From Synechococcus sp. A15-28 (GTDB lineage: Bacteria > Cyanobacteriota > Cyanobacteriia > PCC-6307 > Cyanobiaceae): DNA of 32,000 nucleotides. The stretch spans positions 1,770,001 through 1,802,000 of the forward strand of contig NZ_CP047931.1 of assembly GCF_014280175.1 (NCBI RefSeq). Reading direction: 5' to 3'. The notes under the pieces are model-generated. The model was not told where the DNA came from, made no database searches, and was given only the letters and a program-made list of their open reading frames with translations. Made by a program: the position numbers and the translations under genes. The stretch's first letter is position 1, and each line of letters starts with the position of its first letter. Positions 19,866 to 27,570 of the stretch are shown in pieces.

Positions 19866-20501
19866 TTGTACCACCAACTGCTGAAGCTGGGCCGACAGCT
19901 GCTGATTCAGCCCACCTGCCGGCTCTGCCGATTCCCCCTCTGTCCGGACACTGAGGCAGACCCGATCTGCCCGCCATGCCATGACCGGTTTCAGCTCAAA
20001 AAAGGTGGTCTTTACGGATCGGCACCGCTGCCATGGCATGGCCTCTCGTATTACGACGGTGCTTTCCGCACCCTGCTGCTGCGACTTAAACGCCGTCCTG
20101 ACGATCGTCAGTTGTCGGCCCTGATCGGTTGCCTGCGAGCAACCCTGCCGATGCCGTATCCAGCCGTGCTCGTTCCTATCCCCAGCTGGAAACGCCGGCG
20201 GGCTAACCCCCTGCCGGGCTTGATTGCCACAACCCTGGGCCAGGTCCGAACCGATCTGCTGGAGCGCACCCGGGCCAGCGCCGGCCAACATCACCTGAAC
20301 CGTCAGCAGAGGTTGTCGAACCTCAGCGGTGCCTTCAAGGTCAGCGCCCATCTACAAGCCATGGAGGTCTGGCTGGTGGATGACATTCTTACCACAGGGG
20401 GCACAGCCCTGGCAGCGAGACAAGCCCTGCTGGATGCCGGTCATCAGGTCTGCGGCTTGATCTGTTTGGGGCGCACCCCCATCCGTCGCCTCCGGCGGTG
20501 A
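19866..20501 (+). CDS. ComF-family phosphoribosyltransferase
   Basis: CRLCRFPLCPDTEADPICPPCHDR zinc-binding-like N-terminus; VLVPIPSWKRRRANPLPG...RTRASAGQHHLNRQQRLSNLSGAF...VWLVDDILTTGGTALAARQAL PRPP motif. Confidence 0.88.
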   Translation: MYHQLLKLGRQLLIQPTCRLCRFPLCPDTEADPICPPCHDRFQLKKGGLYGSAPLPWHGLSYYDGAFRTLLLRLKRRPDDRQLSALIGCLRATLPMPYPAVLVPIPSWKRRRANPLPGLIATTLGQVRTDLLERTRASAGQHHLNRQQRLSNLSGAFKVSAHLQAMEVWLVDDILTTGGTALAARQALLDAGHQVCGLICLGRTPIRRLRR

Positions 20502-20531
20502 TTTAAAGTGTTCGTGTCGCGTAGGCGACGT

Positions 20532-20604
20532 GCCGGGATAGCTCAGTTGGTAGAGCAGGCGACTGAAAATCGCCGTGTCCCCAGTTCAAATCTGGGTCCT
20601 GGCA
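20532..20604 (+). tRNA. tRNA-Phe(GAA)
   Basis: Acceptor GCCGGGA/TCCTGGC, anticodon stem-loop GGCGA-CTGAAAA-TCGCC, T-arm CCAGTTCAAATCTGG. Confidence 0.96.
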
Positions 20605-20625
20605 TCTTTTGATGCTAAATCTGTC

Positions 20626-20865
20626 GTGTCATTCATCTCACCTGATGCAGGCACGGATCGGGTGTTCGATAACGCCGACAGCTTTGCGATGGTGTTTGAT
20701 CGCACCTGGAAGCAGTTGCGATCAAGGGGCAACGGTGATGTGAGTCACGTCGACCACCTGGAAGCCGTGTTCGCGGCCATGGCAGATCATCCCTTTCTGA
20801 TCAGCTCGCCCGAGATGGCCAGACAGGTTGCTGCCTTCCGGATCCGCCTACTGGAGCTGAGCTGA
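20626..20865 (+). CDS. conserved-looking hypothetical protein (79 aa from a GTG start)
   Basis: VSFISPDAGTDRVFDNADSFAMVFDRTWKQLRSRGNGDVSHVDHLEAVFAAMADHPFLIS...; supplied ORF start at 20575 lies inside tRNA-Phe, so the downstream GTG is preferred. Confidence 0.55.
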   Translation: MSFISPDAGTDRVFDNADSFAMVFDRTWKQLRSRGNGDVSHVDHLEAVFAAMADHPFLISSPEMARQVAAFRIRLLELS

Positions 20866-20870
20866 AGCGA

Positions 20871-21389
20871 TCAAGCGGAGAGCAAGTCGATCTGCGGGTC
20901 ATCGACGTACTCGGTGTCACCCTCAGCGTCGTCACTGACCGCTTCGTCTTCCACCCGCTCGTCTTCGATCGCCTCGTCGAGATCACCTTGAGGTTCCGAT
21001 GGGGATGTGTCCTCAGCGTGGAGAGCAACCACCTGCGCCGGAGCCAGACGATCTCGGAGCAGGCGCACCTTCTCCTCACTGGCTGACAGCAACTCGCCAG
21101 CGTCATCACTGATGGCGTCTTGATCGTCATCGGCGATCTGGCTCTTCTCCACTTCAGCCAGCCTCGCCTCCAGGGCCATCACACGATCAGCCAGTGTCTC
21201 GGCCACTTCACTGAGGTTCAGCAGATGGGTGCACAACTGCCGCTCGAACGCGGTGCGCGGGGAGGAGGTGGTCACCGGGCTGGCCTCGTGTTGAGAAATT
21301 TCGCTGATGGTATCGATGCTGAAGCGGCTGTCCACGGGCTGCCTGACAGGCGACTGATCGCAGGAAGCTGGCTTAAATTCCTGACCCAA
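20871..21389 (-). CDS. hypothetical protein with central coiled-coil-like segment and acidic C-terminus
   Basis: 172-aa ORF filling the gap, HLLNLSEVAETLADRVMALEARLAEVEKS... followed by a D/E-rich tail. Confidence 0.6.
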   Translation of the reverse strand: MGQEFKPASCDQSPVRQPVDSRFSIDTISEISQHEASPVTTSSPRTAFERQLCTHLLNLSEVAETLADRVMALEARLAEVEKSQIADDDQDAISDDAGELLSASEEKVRLLRDRLAPAQVVALHAEDTSPSEPQGDLDEAIEDERVEDEAVSDDAEGDTEYVDDPQIDLLSA

Positions 21390-21397
21390 GAACGCGG

Positions 21398-22072
21398 GTG
21401 TTGATGTCCAGGCTGAGCAAGGTGCTGAAGATCAGCGCCTGGGTGGCGGCATTCATCGTTGTCGTCGTGCTGCTGCAGCGCTACGGCATTGCACCGCTTC
21501 AGGACGCCGTGAAAGGGATGGGGTTCTGGGCGCCGCTCGGCCTGTTTCTACTGCGGGGCGTGAGCATCATTCTTCCGGCCCTGCCGAGCTCGATCTATTC
21601 GCTGCTGGCAGGTTCCCTGCTGGGCTTCCAAACCGGATACCTCACGATCACCCTCTCGGATCTGGTGTTCTGCAGCACGGCATTTTTCATCGCCCGTCGC
21701 TGGGGTCGTGGTCCGGTGAGCCGTCTGGTGGGGGCCAGCGCGATGAAACGCATCGATGGCTTCAGCAAGAACCAGCTGGAGGGCAACTTCTTTTTGATGA
21801 CGGGCCTGCTGATGACCGGTCTGTTTGATTTCCTCAGCTATGCCATCGGCATCAGCCGCACCCATTGGCGGGTGTTCGCGCCAGCGCTGCTAATCAGCGT
21901 GTTGATCAGTGATTCGATCCTCGTGGCCGTAGGCGCGGGTGTGGCCCAGGGCGCCAGCCTCACCCTGGGCTTGGCTCTGCTCGCGATGTTTGGGCTGGCC
22001 ACCTTCACAGGACTGATGAAACGGAAAGCAGCGTCCAAGGACGCCCCCCATCCCCCCGTGCACCCAGGCTGA
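21398..22072 (+). CDS. TVP38/TMEM64 (SNARE-associated/DedA-like) membrane protein
   Basis: AVKGMGFWAPLGLFLLRGVSIILPALPSSIYSLLAGSLLGFQTGYLTITLSDLVFCSTAFFIARRWGRGPVSRLVG; multiple TM segments. Confidence 0.82.
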   Translation: MLMSRLSKVLKISAWVAAFIVVVVLLQRYGIAPLQDAVKGMGFWAPLGLFLLRGVSIILPALPSSIYSLLAGSLLGFQTGYLTITLSDLVFCSTAFFIARRWGRGPVSRLVGASAMKRIDGFSKNQLEGNFFLMTGLLMTGLFDFLSYAIGISRTHWRVFAPALLISVLISDSILVAVGAGVAQGASLTLGLALLAMFGLATFTGLMKRKAASKDAPHPPVHPG

Positions 22073-22182
22073 TCACAGACAGCAGATCCCTTCACCCGTG
22101 CATGTCGAATCACCCGCCAACCAGGCTGCGGTGATTGTTTTAAGGAACACTGGTTACGTTGATGCGATGAGGCCTGTTCTCG

Positions 22183-22614
22183 ATGAGCGCGCTTGCTGAT
22201 CCGAGAATCGAAGTGTTACAGGATCAGGCCGGGGCTAGTGGTGAACTGGATCTGCCCATCGGCGAAGGATGTTTCCGCATCAACCTGCGCGACGAGAACA
22301 TCGAGCTCTGGCAAGAGACGCTGGAGCAGCAGAACGCAACCCAAAGCACCCAACTGTTGCTCGCCTGCGAAGAAAGCGGCGGTGAACTGAAGGACACCCG
22401 ACTCACCTGGGTGGTGGGTTCAGCCATTCGCAGAGCCAGCGCCAACAGCCCCACCGCAGCAGCTCTGTTGTTGCAACAACTTGGCATCCCTGAGCCTCTG
22501 ACCAAGGCCGCTGTCGATCGTTGCCCGGGGCTTGGTGACGACCTGGTGTGGGCCTTTTATCTGGAACGTCATGGCTGGCTCATTGCCACCCCTGTCGCCG
22601 CCATCCAGCCTTGA
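22183..22614 (+). CDS. hypothetical protein, coupled to the downstream phycobiliprotein-fold ORF
   Basis: 143-aa ORF MSALADPRIEVLQDQAGASGELDLPIGEGCFRINLRDENIELWQETLEQQ...; stop TGA at 22612-22614 shares its A with the next ATG. Confidence 0.7.
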   Translation: MSALADPRIEVLQDQAGASGELDLPIGEGCFRINLRDENIELWQETLEQQNATQSTQLLLACEESGGELKDTRLTWVVGSAIRRASANSPTAAALLLQQLGIPEPLTKAAVDRCPGLGDDLVWAFYLERHGWLIATPVAAIQP

Positions 22615-23186
22615 TGGCTGACATCCCTGACTTGGCAGAGCTGATTCGCAGCGCTCAAGTGCAAGGCCTCAGCGGCGACCACTCTTTGCATGAAGAAGCG
22701 CGCCAGATCATTGGGGCAGCAGATCAGGAGCGTCGCCAACTCAGCCAGGAGGAACTGCTGAGCCTCTGCGCAGCCTCTGGACAGGATGCGTCACTGCCCC
22801 GAAGGCTCCAAAACCATGCGGATGACCTGGTGAACCAGGCCAGATGCCACCTGCTGGAGCAACAACCACAGCTCGTGCAGCCCGGCGGAGCCCTGTTCCC
22901 CGGCGAACGGGCCGATGCCTGCTGGCGGGACTGCTGGCACTTTCTGCGCGTGATCGTTTATGCCGTGGCCTGCCAGCGAAGCAACTTCACAAACCCCACT
23001 GGCATGGCAGCCCTTCGTGAGTTGTATCAGCTGATGGGCGTGCCAACGGAGGGCCTGAATATCGCCCTCATGCAGCTCAAAGTGCTTGCAGCGCAGGAGT
23101 TTGAGCGAGGAGCAGATCAGGAGCTCATCAACGCCTGCTTCCAACACCTGATCGAGCAGCTCAATAAAACTGCAGTTAAGAGCTGA
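22614..23186 (+). CDS. orphan phycobilisome (globin-like phycobiliprotein) domain protein, 190 aa
   Basis: HADDLVNQARCHLLEQQPQLVQPGGALFPGERADACWRDCWHFLRVIVYAVACQRSNFTNPTGMAALRELYQLMGVPTEGLNIALMQLKVLA resembles phycocyanin beta ([26 protein letters not shown]....R.MAACLRDMEIILRYVTYA...[24 protein letters not shown]). Confidence 0.8.
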   Translation: MADIPDLAELIRSAQVQGLSGDHSLHEEARQIIGAADQERRQLSQEELLSLCAASGQDASLPRRLQNHADDLVNQARCHLLEQQPQLVQPGGALFPGERADACWRDCWHFLRVIVYAVACQRSNFTNPTGMAALRELYQLMGVPTEGLNIALMQLKVLAAQEFERGADQELINACFQHLIEQLNKTAVKS

Positions 23187-23257
23187 TAAGAGAAAAAAAA
23201 GACTCCTTCGGGCCACGAGAGGATCAGCCTCTAGGCATTTCCACTCACGGCACGCGC

Positions 23258-24016
23258 ATGGCCCTTCCGCCCCTCGGATATCCGCTCAGTGCACAGAACA
23301 GTCGCGTCAGCAACCTGGCCGGTGACAACAGCACCGTCCAGAGCCCGCTCTACGGAACGTCTGCCGCCGGAGATGAAAGCACTCGGGCCGAGATGGACCG
23401 CCTGATCGAGCAGGCCTACCTGCAGGTGTTTTTCCATGCCATGCGAAGCGATCGCGAACCATTCCTGGAATCCCAACTGCGCAGCAGCAACATCACTGTT
23501 CGCGATTTCATCCGCGGCCTTCTGCTCTCCAAGAGGTTCCAGCAGGGGTACTACCAGTGCAACTCGAACTATCGGATGGTGGATCAGGTCGTGGGCCGTG
23601 TTCTCGGTCGACCCGTCCATAGCGATGCCGAACGGCGAGCCTGGTCTATTGTGGTCGGGGAGAAGGGTTTCACAGCATTCGTTGATGCCCTGCTGGACAG
23701 CAGCGAGTACATGGACAGCTTCGGCTATGACCTCGTGCCGCAGCAACGATCGAGGCGGCTCCCCGGACGGGCCCTCGGTGAAACGCCGATCTACCAACAG
23801 TTCCCGCGCTACGGGGCCGATTGGCGGGATGCACTGCAGGATCGGGCCCCAAGCGATCAAGCCGCTCAGATGCAACAGCTGGAGACCTCCGCGGTCTGGG
23901 TCAACGGCCAGCCTCCGGCCTTCGCGCTAAGGATATGGCTTGGACTTGCCCTGGTAGGAGGATTTGAACTGGGTCGGGTGGTCCTTACGATCGCTTTGGC
24001 AATGGCGAAAAGTTGA
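23258..24016 (+). CDS. cpcG2: phycobilisome rod(-core) linker of the CpcG/CpcL type with hydrophobic C-terminus
   Basis: MALPPLGYPLSAQNSRVSNLAGD N-terminus typical of CpcG; PBS linker domain (SNITVRDFIRGLLLSKRFQQGYYQCNSNYRMVDQVVGRVLGRPV); tail ALRIWLGLALVGGFELGRVVLTIALAMAKS. Confidence 0.85.
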   Translation: MALPPLGYPLSAQNSRVSNLAGDNSTVQSPLYGTSAAGDESTRAEMDRLIEQAYLQVFFHAMRSDREPFLESQLRSSNITVRDFIRGLLLSKRFQQGYYQCNSNYRMVDQVVGRVLGRPVHSDAERRAWSIVVGEKGFTAFVDALLDSSEYMDSFGYDLVPQQRSRRLPGRALGETPIYQQFPRYGADWRDALQDRAPSDQAAQMQQLETSAVWVNGQPPAFALRIWLGLALVGGFELGRVVLTIALAMAKS

Positions 24017-24017
24017 C

Positions 24018-24731
24018 ATGTCCACCACCGGATCTGCACCCCTCAACCTGCGTGAGTGGACGGCACCGGAAAAGCTCTCACCAAACGGTTCACCTCTAGT
24101 ACCCGTTGATGCAAGAGGTGCTGATTGGCACGGGATCGAGCTGGGCGAGCTCGATTTACGCGGAGCAAAGCTTTGTCGCTGCAATTTACGAGGCACAGAT
24201 CTCAGTCATTGCCAACTTGATGGCGCTGATCTCCGCCTAGCTCGCTACGACAACCAAACCGTCGTACCTGTTGGTTTCGACTTGAGCAACAGTGGAGCTG
24301 TGGGGCCCGGCGCCAAGCTCAACGGTGTCTATCTCAACAGCTCCGACCTGCGAGGCATGGATCTGCGGGGAAGCATGCTGCTTGGCAGCTATCTGAGTGG
24401 AGCTGACTTAAGCGGAGCGATACTTGATGGAGTTTCACTGGCCGGTTCAGATCTCCGGTCGTCCACCATGCGGGGAGCAATGTGCCGCGGGACACGATTC
24501 GGCACCTGCGAACTCGACATGGCTGATCTTCGCGGCGCTGACTTGGAAGGAGCTGTTCTAGAAACAGTCGAGTCGATAAGAGGCGCCGATTTTTCCCTCT
24601 GCACAGGGCTGGGCGCTCAGATCGATGCTCTGTTGTCCCGATCAGTTGAAGAACTCGATTGCTGGAACCCCTTAACACGCTCCACAACGCGGAACAGCCT
24701 TGAATCATTACGGGCTGCTAGAGCCGATTAG
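24018..24731 (+). CDS. pentapeptide-repeat protein
   Basis: LGELDLRGAKLCRCNLRGTDLSHCQLDGADLRLARY ... VYLNSSDLRGMDLRGSMLLGSYLSGADLSGAILDGVSLAGSDLRSSTMRGAMCRG: A(D/N)LXX repeats. ATG one base after the cpcG2 stop. Confidence 0.9.
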   Translation: MSTTGSAPLNLREWTAPEKLSPNGSPLVPVDARGADWHGIELGELDLRGAKLCRCNLRGTDLSHCQLDGADLRLARYDNQTVVPVGFDLSNSGAVGPGAKLNGVYLNSSDLRGMDLRGSMLLGSYLSGADLSGAILDGVSLAGSDLRSSTMRGAMCRGTRFGTCELDMADLRGADLEGAVLETVESIRGADFSLCTGLGAQIDALLSRSVEELDCWNPLTRSTTRNSLESLRAARAD

Positions 24732-24854
24732 CCCCGGCCTGCCCACATACAGCCTCAAAGCCTTAACCCACAACTGCTTGGGGGCGAGGGAATTTGGCAA
24801 AAGGGTCACTCCACGCAACACATGAACACACTTGATTGAGGTTTATAAAGAACA

Positions 24855-24877
24855 CGTTCTGTCAGAACGCTTCTGAC
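24855..24877 (+). promoter_or_regulatory. overlapping alternative dyad symmetries in the region 5' of cpeC
   Basis: cgttctg-t-cagaacg (24855-24869) overlapping gtcagaa-cgc-ttctgac (24861-24877), with TATAAA at 24844-24849. Confidence 0.4.
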
Positions 24878-24909
24878 GGAGCATTGCATGGCGAAACGTC
24901 AGAGCATCC

Positions 24910-25794
24910 ATGCCCTTTGGACCTGCCTCACTTCTAGGGGTCGAACGCTTCTCGGAAGAGAGTGAGGCACCATTCGAGCTGATCCCTGGCGATGACGATG
25001 CCCGAAAAGAGCAGATCATTCGGGCGGTGTACAAGCAGGTTCTTGGCAATGCTTATGTCATGGACAGCGAGCGTCAGGTTGTCGCTGAATCTCAGTTCAA
25101 GCTTGGAGAGATCAGCGTCCGTGACCTGGTTCGCCGAATAGGCAAGAGCGACCTGTATCGCAGCCGCTTCTTTGAAAGCTGCGCACGTTACCGCTATATC
25201 GAGTTGGCCTTCCGCCACCTACTGGGTCGCGCGCCCGCCGACTTTGAGGAAATGCGTGGTCATTCTGAGCGGCTTGACAACAGTGGGTACGACGCCGACA
25301 TCGACAGCTTCGTGGACTCTGATGAGTATCAAAACGCTTTCGGGGAATGGACGGTGCCCTTTCAACGGGGTTGGAAAACCGAAAGCTGTGGAACCATGCA
25401 GGAATTCACCTGGAGCTTTCAACTGTTGCGAGGCAATAGCAGCAGCAGTCTGAAAGGAGACCTCGCTGGCATCAGCAGCAAGCTCGGTGGTTCTGCGTAC
25501 CAGAACCGAGCCATCCCCGTGGTCCCACCGTCTTCAACCGAGGCCTTGGGATGGAGCTTCCGTCCTTCCCCAAATCTGCAGGATGCACCAACTCGCCTGG
25601 GGGTCGGCGCAGGCGAGCAAGGCCTCACGTATCGCGTGGAGGTCACCGCCTACAGCGCCAACAACGTTCGTCGGATCTCCCGGTACACCCGCAGCAACCG
25701 GGTCTTCTACGTGCCGTTCGACAAGCTCTCGGAGCAGTTCAAACGCATCCACCGCGAAGGAGGAAAGATCGCCAGCATCACACCGGTGACTTGA
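24910..25794 (+). CDS. cpeC: phycoerythrin I-associated rod linker CpeC (PBS linker + C-terminal CpcD domain)
   Basis: MPFGPASLLGVERFSEESEAPFELIPGDDDARKEQIIRAVYKQVLGNAYVM...YRYIELAFRHLLGRAP...LTYRVEVTAYSANNVRRISRYTRSNRVFYVPFDKLSEQFKRIHREGGKIASITPVT. Confidence 0.88.
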   Translation: MPFGPASLLGVERFSEESEAPFELIPGDDDARKEQIIRAVYKQVLGNAYVMDSERQVVAESQFKLGEISVRDLVRRIGKSDLYRSRFFESCARYRYIELAFRHLLGRAPADFEEMRGHSERLDNSGYDADIDSFVDSDEYQNAFGEWTVPFQRGWKTESCGTMQEFTWSFQLLRGNSSSSLKGDLAGISSKLGGSAYQNRAIPVVPPSSTEALGWSFRPSPNLQDAPTRLGVGAGEQGLTYRVEVTAYSANNVRRISRYTRSNRVFYVPFDKLSEQFKRIHREGGKIASITPVT

Positions 25795-25849
25795 AGCTCC
25801 CCTCACTGAAATCACGTACACCAGACCACTTCAAAATCTCACCTGAACA

Positions 25850-27496
25850 ATGGCCAGCAATCAAACATCACTCGGCTTTGGAGCAACCACGAAGTGGGGA
25901 GATCCAGTCAGCTTCCAGCGCAAAGGCCAAGCTGGTCAGAAGCCGGCCCTGACTATTGGGGAGTTCAAGAAGCAATCCTGCGATCAAATGGCGATCGGGG
26001 TGGGGCCCCGTAGTCACGCCGACTGCCCTCACCGTGTCACAAGCGAATGCTATAGCCCGGAGGACAATGGTGCTCTAGAGACAGTCATTTCAGCGTCGTA
26101 CCGACAGGTCTTCGGGAACGCTCATGTCATGAATTTTGAGCGGTGCACAGAACTTGAGGCTCAGCTCAGGGACGGCCGTCTGACCGTGCGTGATTTCATT
26201 AGAGGTCTGGCAAAGTCAAGCTTCTACAAGAGCCGGTTCTTCAACAGCGTTGCTCCACAGCGGGGTGTTGAACTGAATGTCAAACATCTTCTAGGGCGCG
26301 CTCCGGAAACTCAGGCTGAGATTTCTGCCATGATCACCCTGCAGGCAGAGCAGGGGCAGGGAGCCCTCATCGACAGCATCGTCGATTCAGCTGAATACCT
26401 CGAGGTATTTGGAAGCGATGTTGTGCCTTATGCCCGCTCTTGGAGTTCTCCTGCAGACCTCTCGACTGCTGCATTCCCGATGCTGGCAGCTCTCGAGAAG
26501 AGTTTCGCCGGCAGTGATAGTGCCCGTGGAGGAAGCCCAGCGCTAACCAGAAGCCTGGCCTCCGGCATCGCTCCTCGGATCAGCGTCCCGAGTCAGGTCG
26601 TGGGCGTGCGTCCCTCCGCAAGCTTCACTTCTGGTCGTTTCAGCAGCAAAGCTCCTGGCATCACCAGTGGTAATGACTCCGCTCCGCTTCGCGGCGACGC
26701 ATACGTCACCTTCGGTCTTGGTCAGCGTGAGCAGGAAACATTTCAGCGTTGCCCAGGAGACAGCCCGGATCAGCTCAATGCCCTGATTCGCTCTGCATAC
26801 AAACAGGTCATGGGTAACCCCCACCTGATGGAGTTTGAACGCGCTCTGTCGGCAGAAAGCAAGTTCATTGATGGTTATTTGAGCACCCGTGAATTTGTGC
26901 GGGCTGTCGGCCTTTCAGCTGAATACAAGCGGCGATTCTTCGAAACCAACGCTCCTTATCGATTCATCGAGCTGAACTTCAAACATTTCCTCGGTAGAGC
27001 CCCACAGTCTCAAGCGGAGATCAGCGAACACACCAAGATCCTCGCCGAAGGTGGTTATGAAGCTGAAATCTGCAGCTACGTCGACAGCGTGGAGTATCAG
27101 AGCATCTTTGGTGAAGACACCATTCCATACGCCAGGATCCTTACCGAAAACGGCCGCTCCCAGGTTGCCTTCAATCGACATCTCAGCCTGGCAGAAGGCT
27201 TCGCAGCTAGTGACACGGTCCTGAGCAGCTCATCTCTTGTCTCCTCCGTTGCCACGGGAATGGTTCCCAGTGGATGGAGTGCTACGACCACCCGAATTAA
27301 CCGAACTGGGACACAGTCAGGCGCTCCTGATCCCACGAAGAAGCGCTTCCGGATTGTCGTAGCAACCCAGGCAGCTCGGTCACGTCAGCGCACCGCAGGA
27401 AACACTTATCTCGTCTCCGGCAAGGACATGTCCAGCCAAATGAAGTACATCCATGCACGTGGAGGCAAAATTGTCTCCATCACTGAGGTGATGTAA
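25850..27496 (+). CDS. mpeD: double phycoerythrin linker, MpeC-like + CpeD-like fusion (MpeD-type, 548 aa)
   Basis: Two PBS linker domains (ETVISASYRQVFGNAHVMNFERCTELEAQLRDGRLTVRDFIRGLAK... and NALIRSAYKQVMGNPHLMEFERALSAESKFIDGYLSTREFVRAVG...) plus CpcD-like tail; exactly 548 residues as described for MpeD (SYNW2000) of WH8102. Confidence 0.92.
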   Translation: MASNQTSLGFGATTKWGDPVSFQRKGQAGQKPALTIGEFKKQSCDQMAIGVGPRSHADCPHRVTSECYSPEDNGALETVISASYRQVFGNAHVMNFERCTELEAQLRDGRLTVRDFIRGLAKSSFYKSRFFNSVAPQRGVELNVKHLLGRAPETQAEISAMITLQAEQGQGALIDSIVDSAEYLEVFGSDVVPYARSWSSPADLSTAAFPMLAALEKSFAGSDSARGGSPALTRSLASGIAPRISVPSQVVGVRPSASFTSGRFSSKAPGITSGNDSAPLRGDAYVTFGLGQREQETFQRCPGDSPDQLNALIRSAYKQVMGNPHLMEFERALSAESKFIDGYLSTREFVRAVGLSAEYKRRFFETNAPYRFIELNFKHFLGRAPQSQAEISEHTKILAEGGYEAEICSYVDSVEYQSIFGEDTIPYARILTENGRSQVAFNRHLSLAEGFAASDTVLSSSSLVSSVATGMVPSGWSATTTRINRTGTQSGAPDPTKKRFRIVVATQAARSRQRTAGNTYLVSGKDMSSQMKYIHARGGKIVSITEVM

Positions 27497-27518
27497 GAGC
27501 AGATCTAGTCCTGCCATA

Positions 27519-27544
27519 GGGGGCCGCCGCCTGAAGCGGCCCTT
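27519..27544 (+). terminator. GC-rich intergenic hairpin between mpeD and cpeE (attenuator or processing element candidate)
   Basis: gg-GGGCCGC-cgcctgaa-GCGGCCC-tt: 7-bp GC stem extendable by two G-U pairs, no real T-run. Confidence 0.45.
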
Positions 27545-27570
27545 ATAGATTTCAAACCCATTCCAGCATC

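Noticed and set aside
23231-23875. Minus-strand 214-aa ORF opposite the cpcG2-type linker
   Set aside because: Antisense shadow of a clear linker gene.
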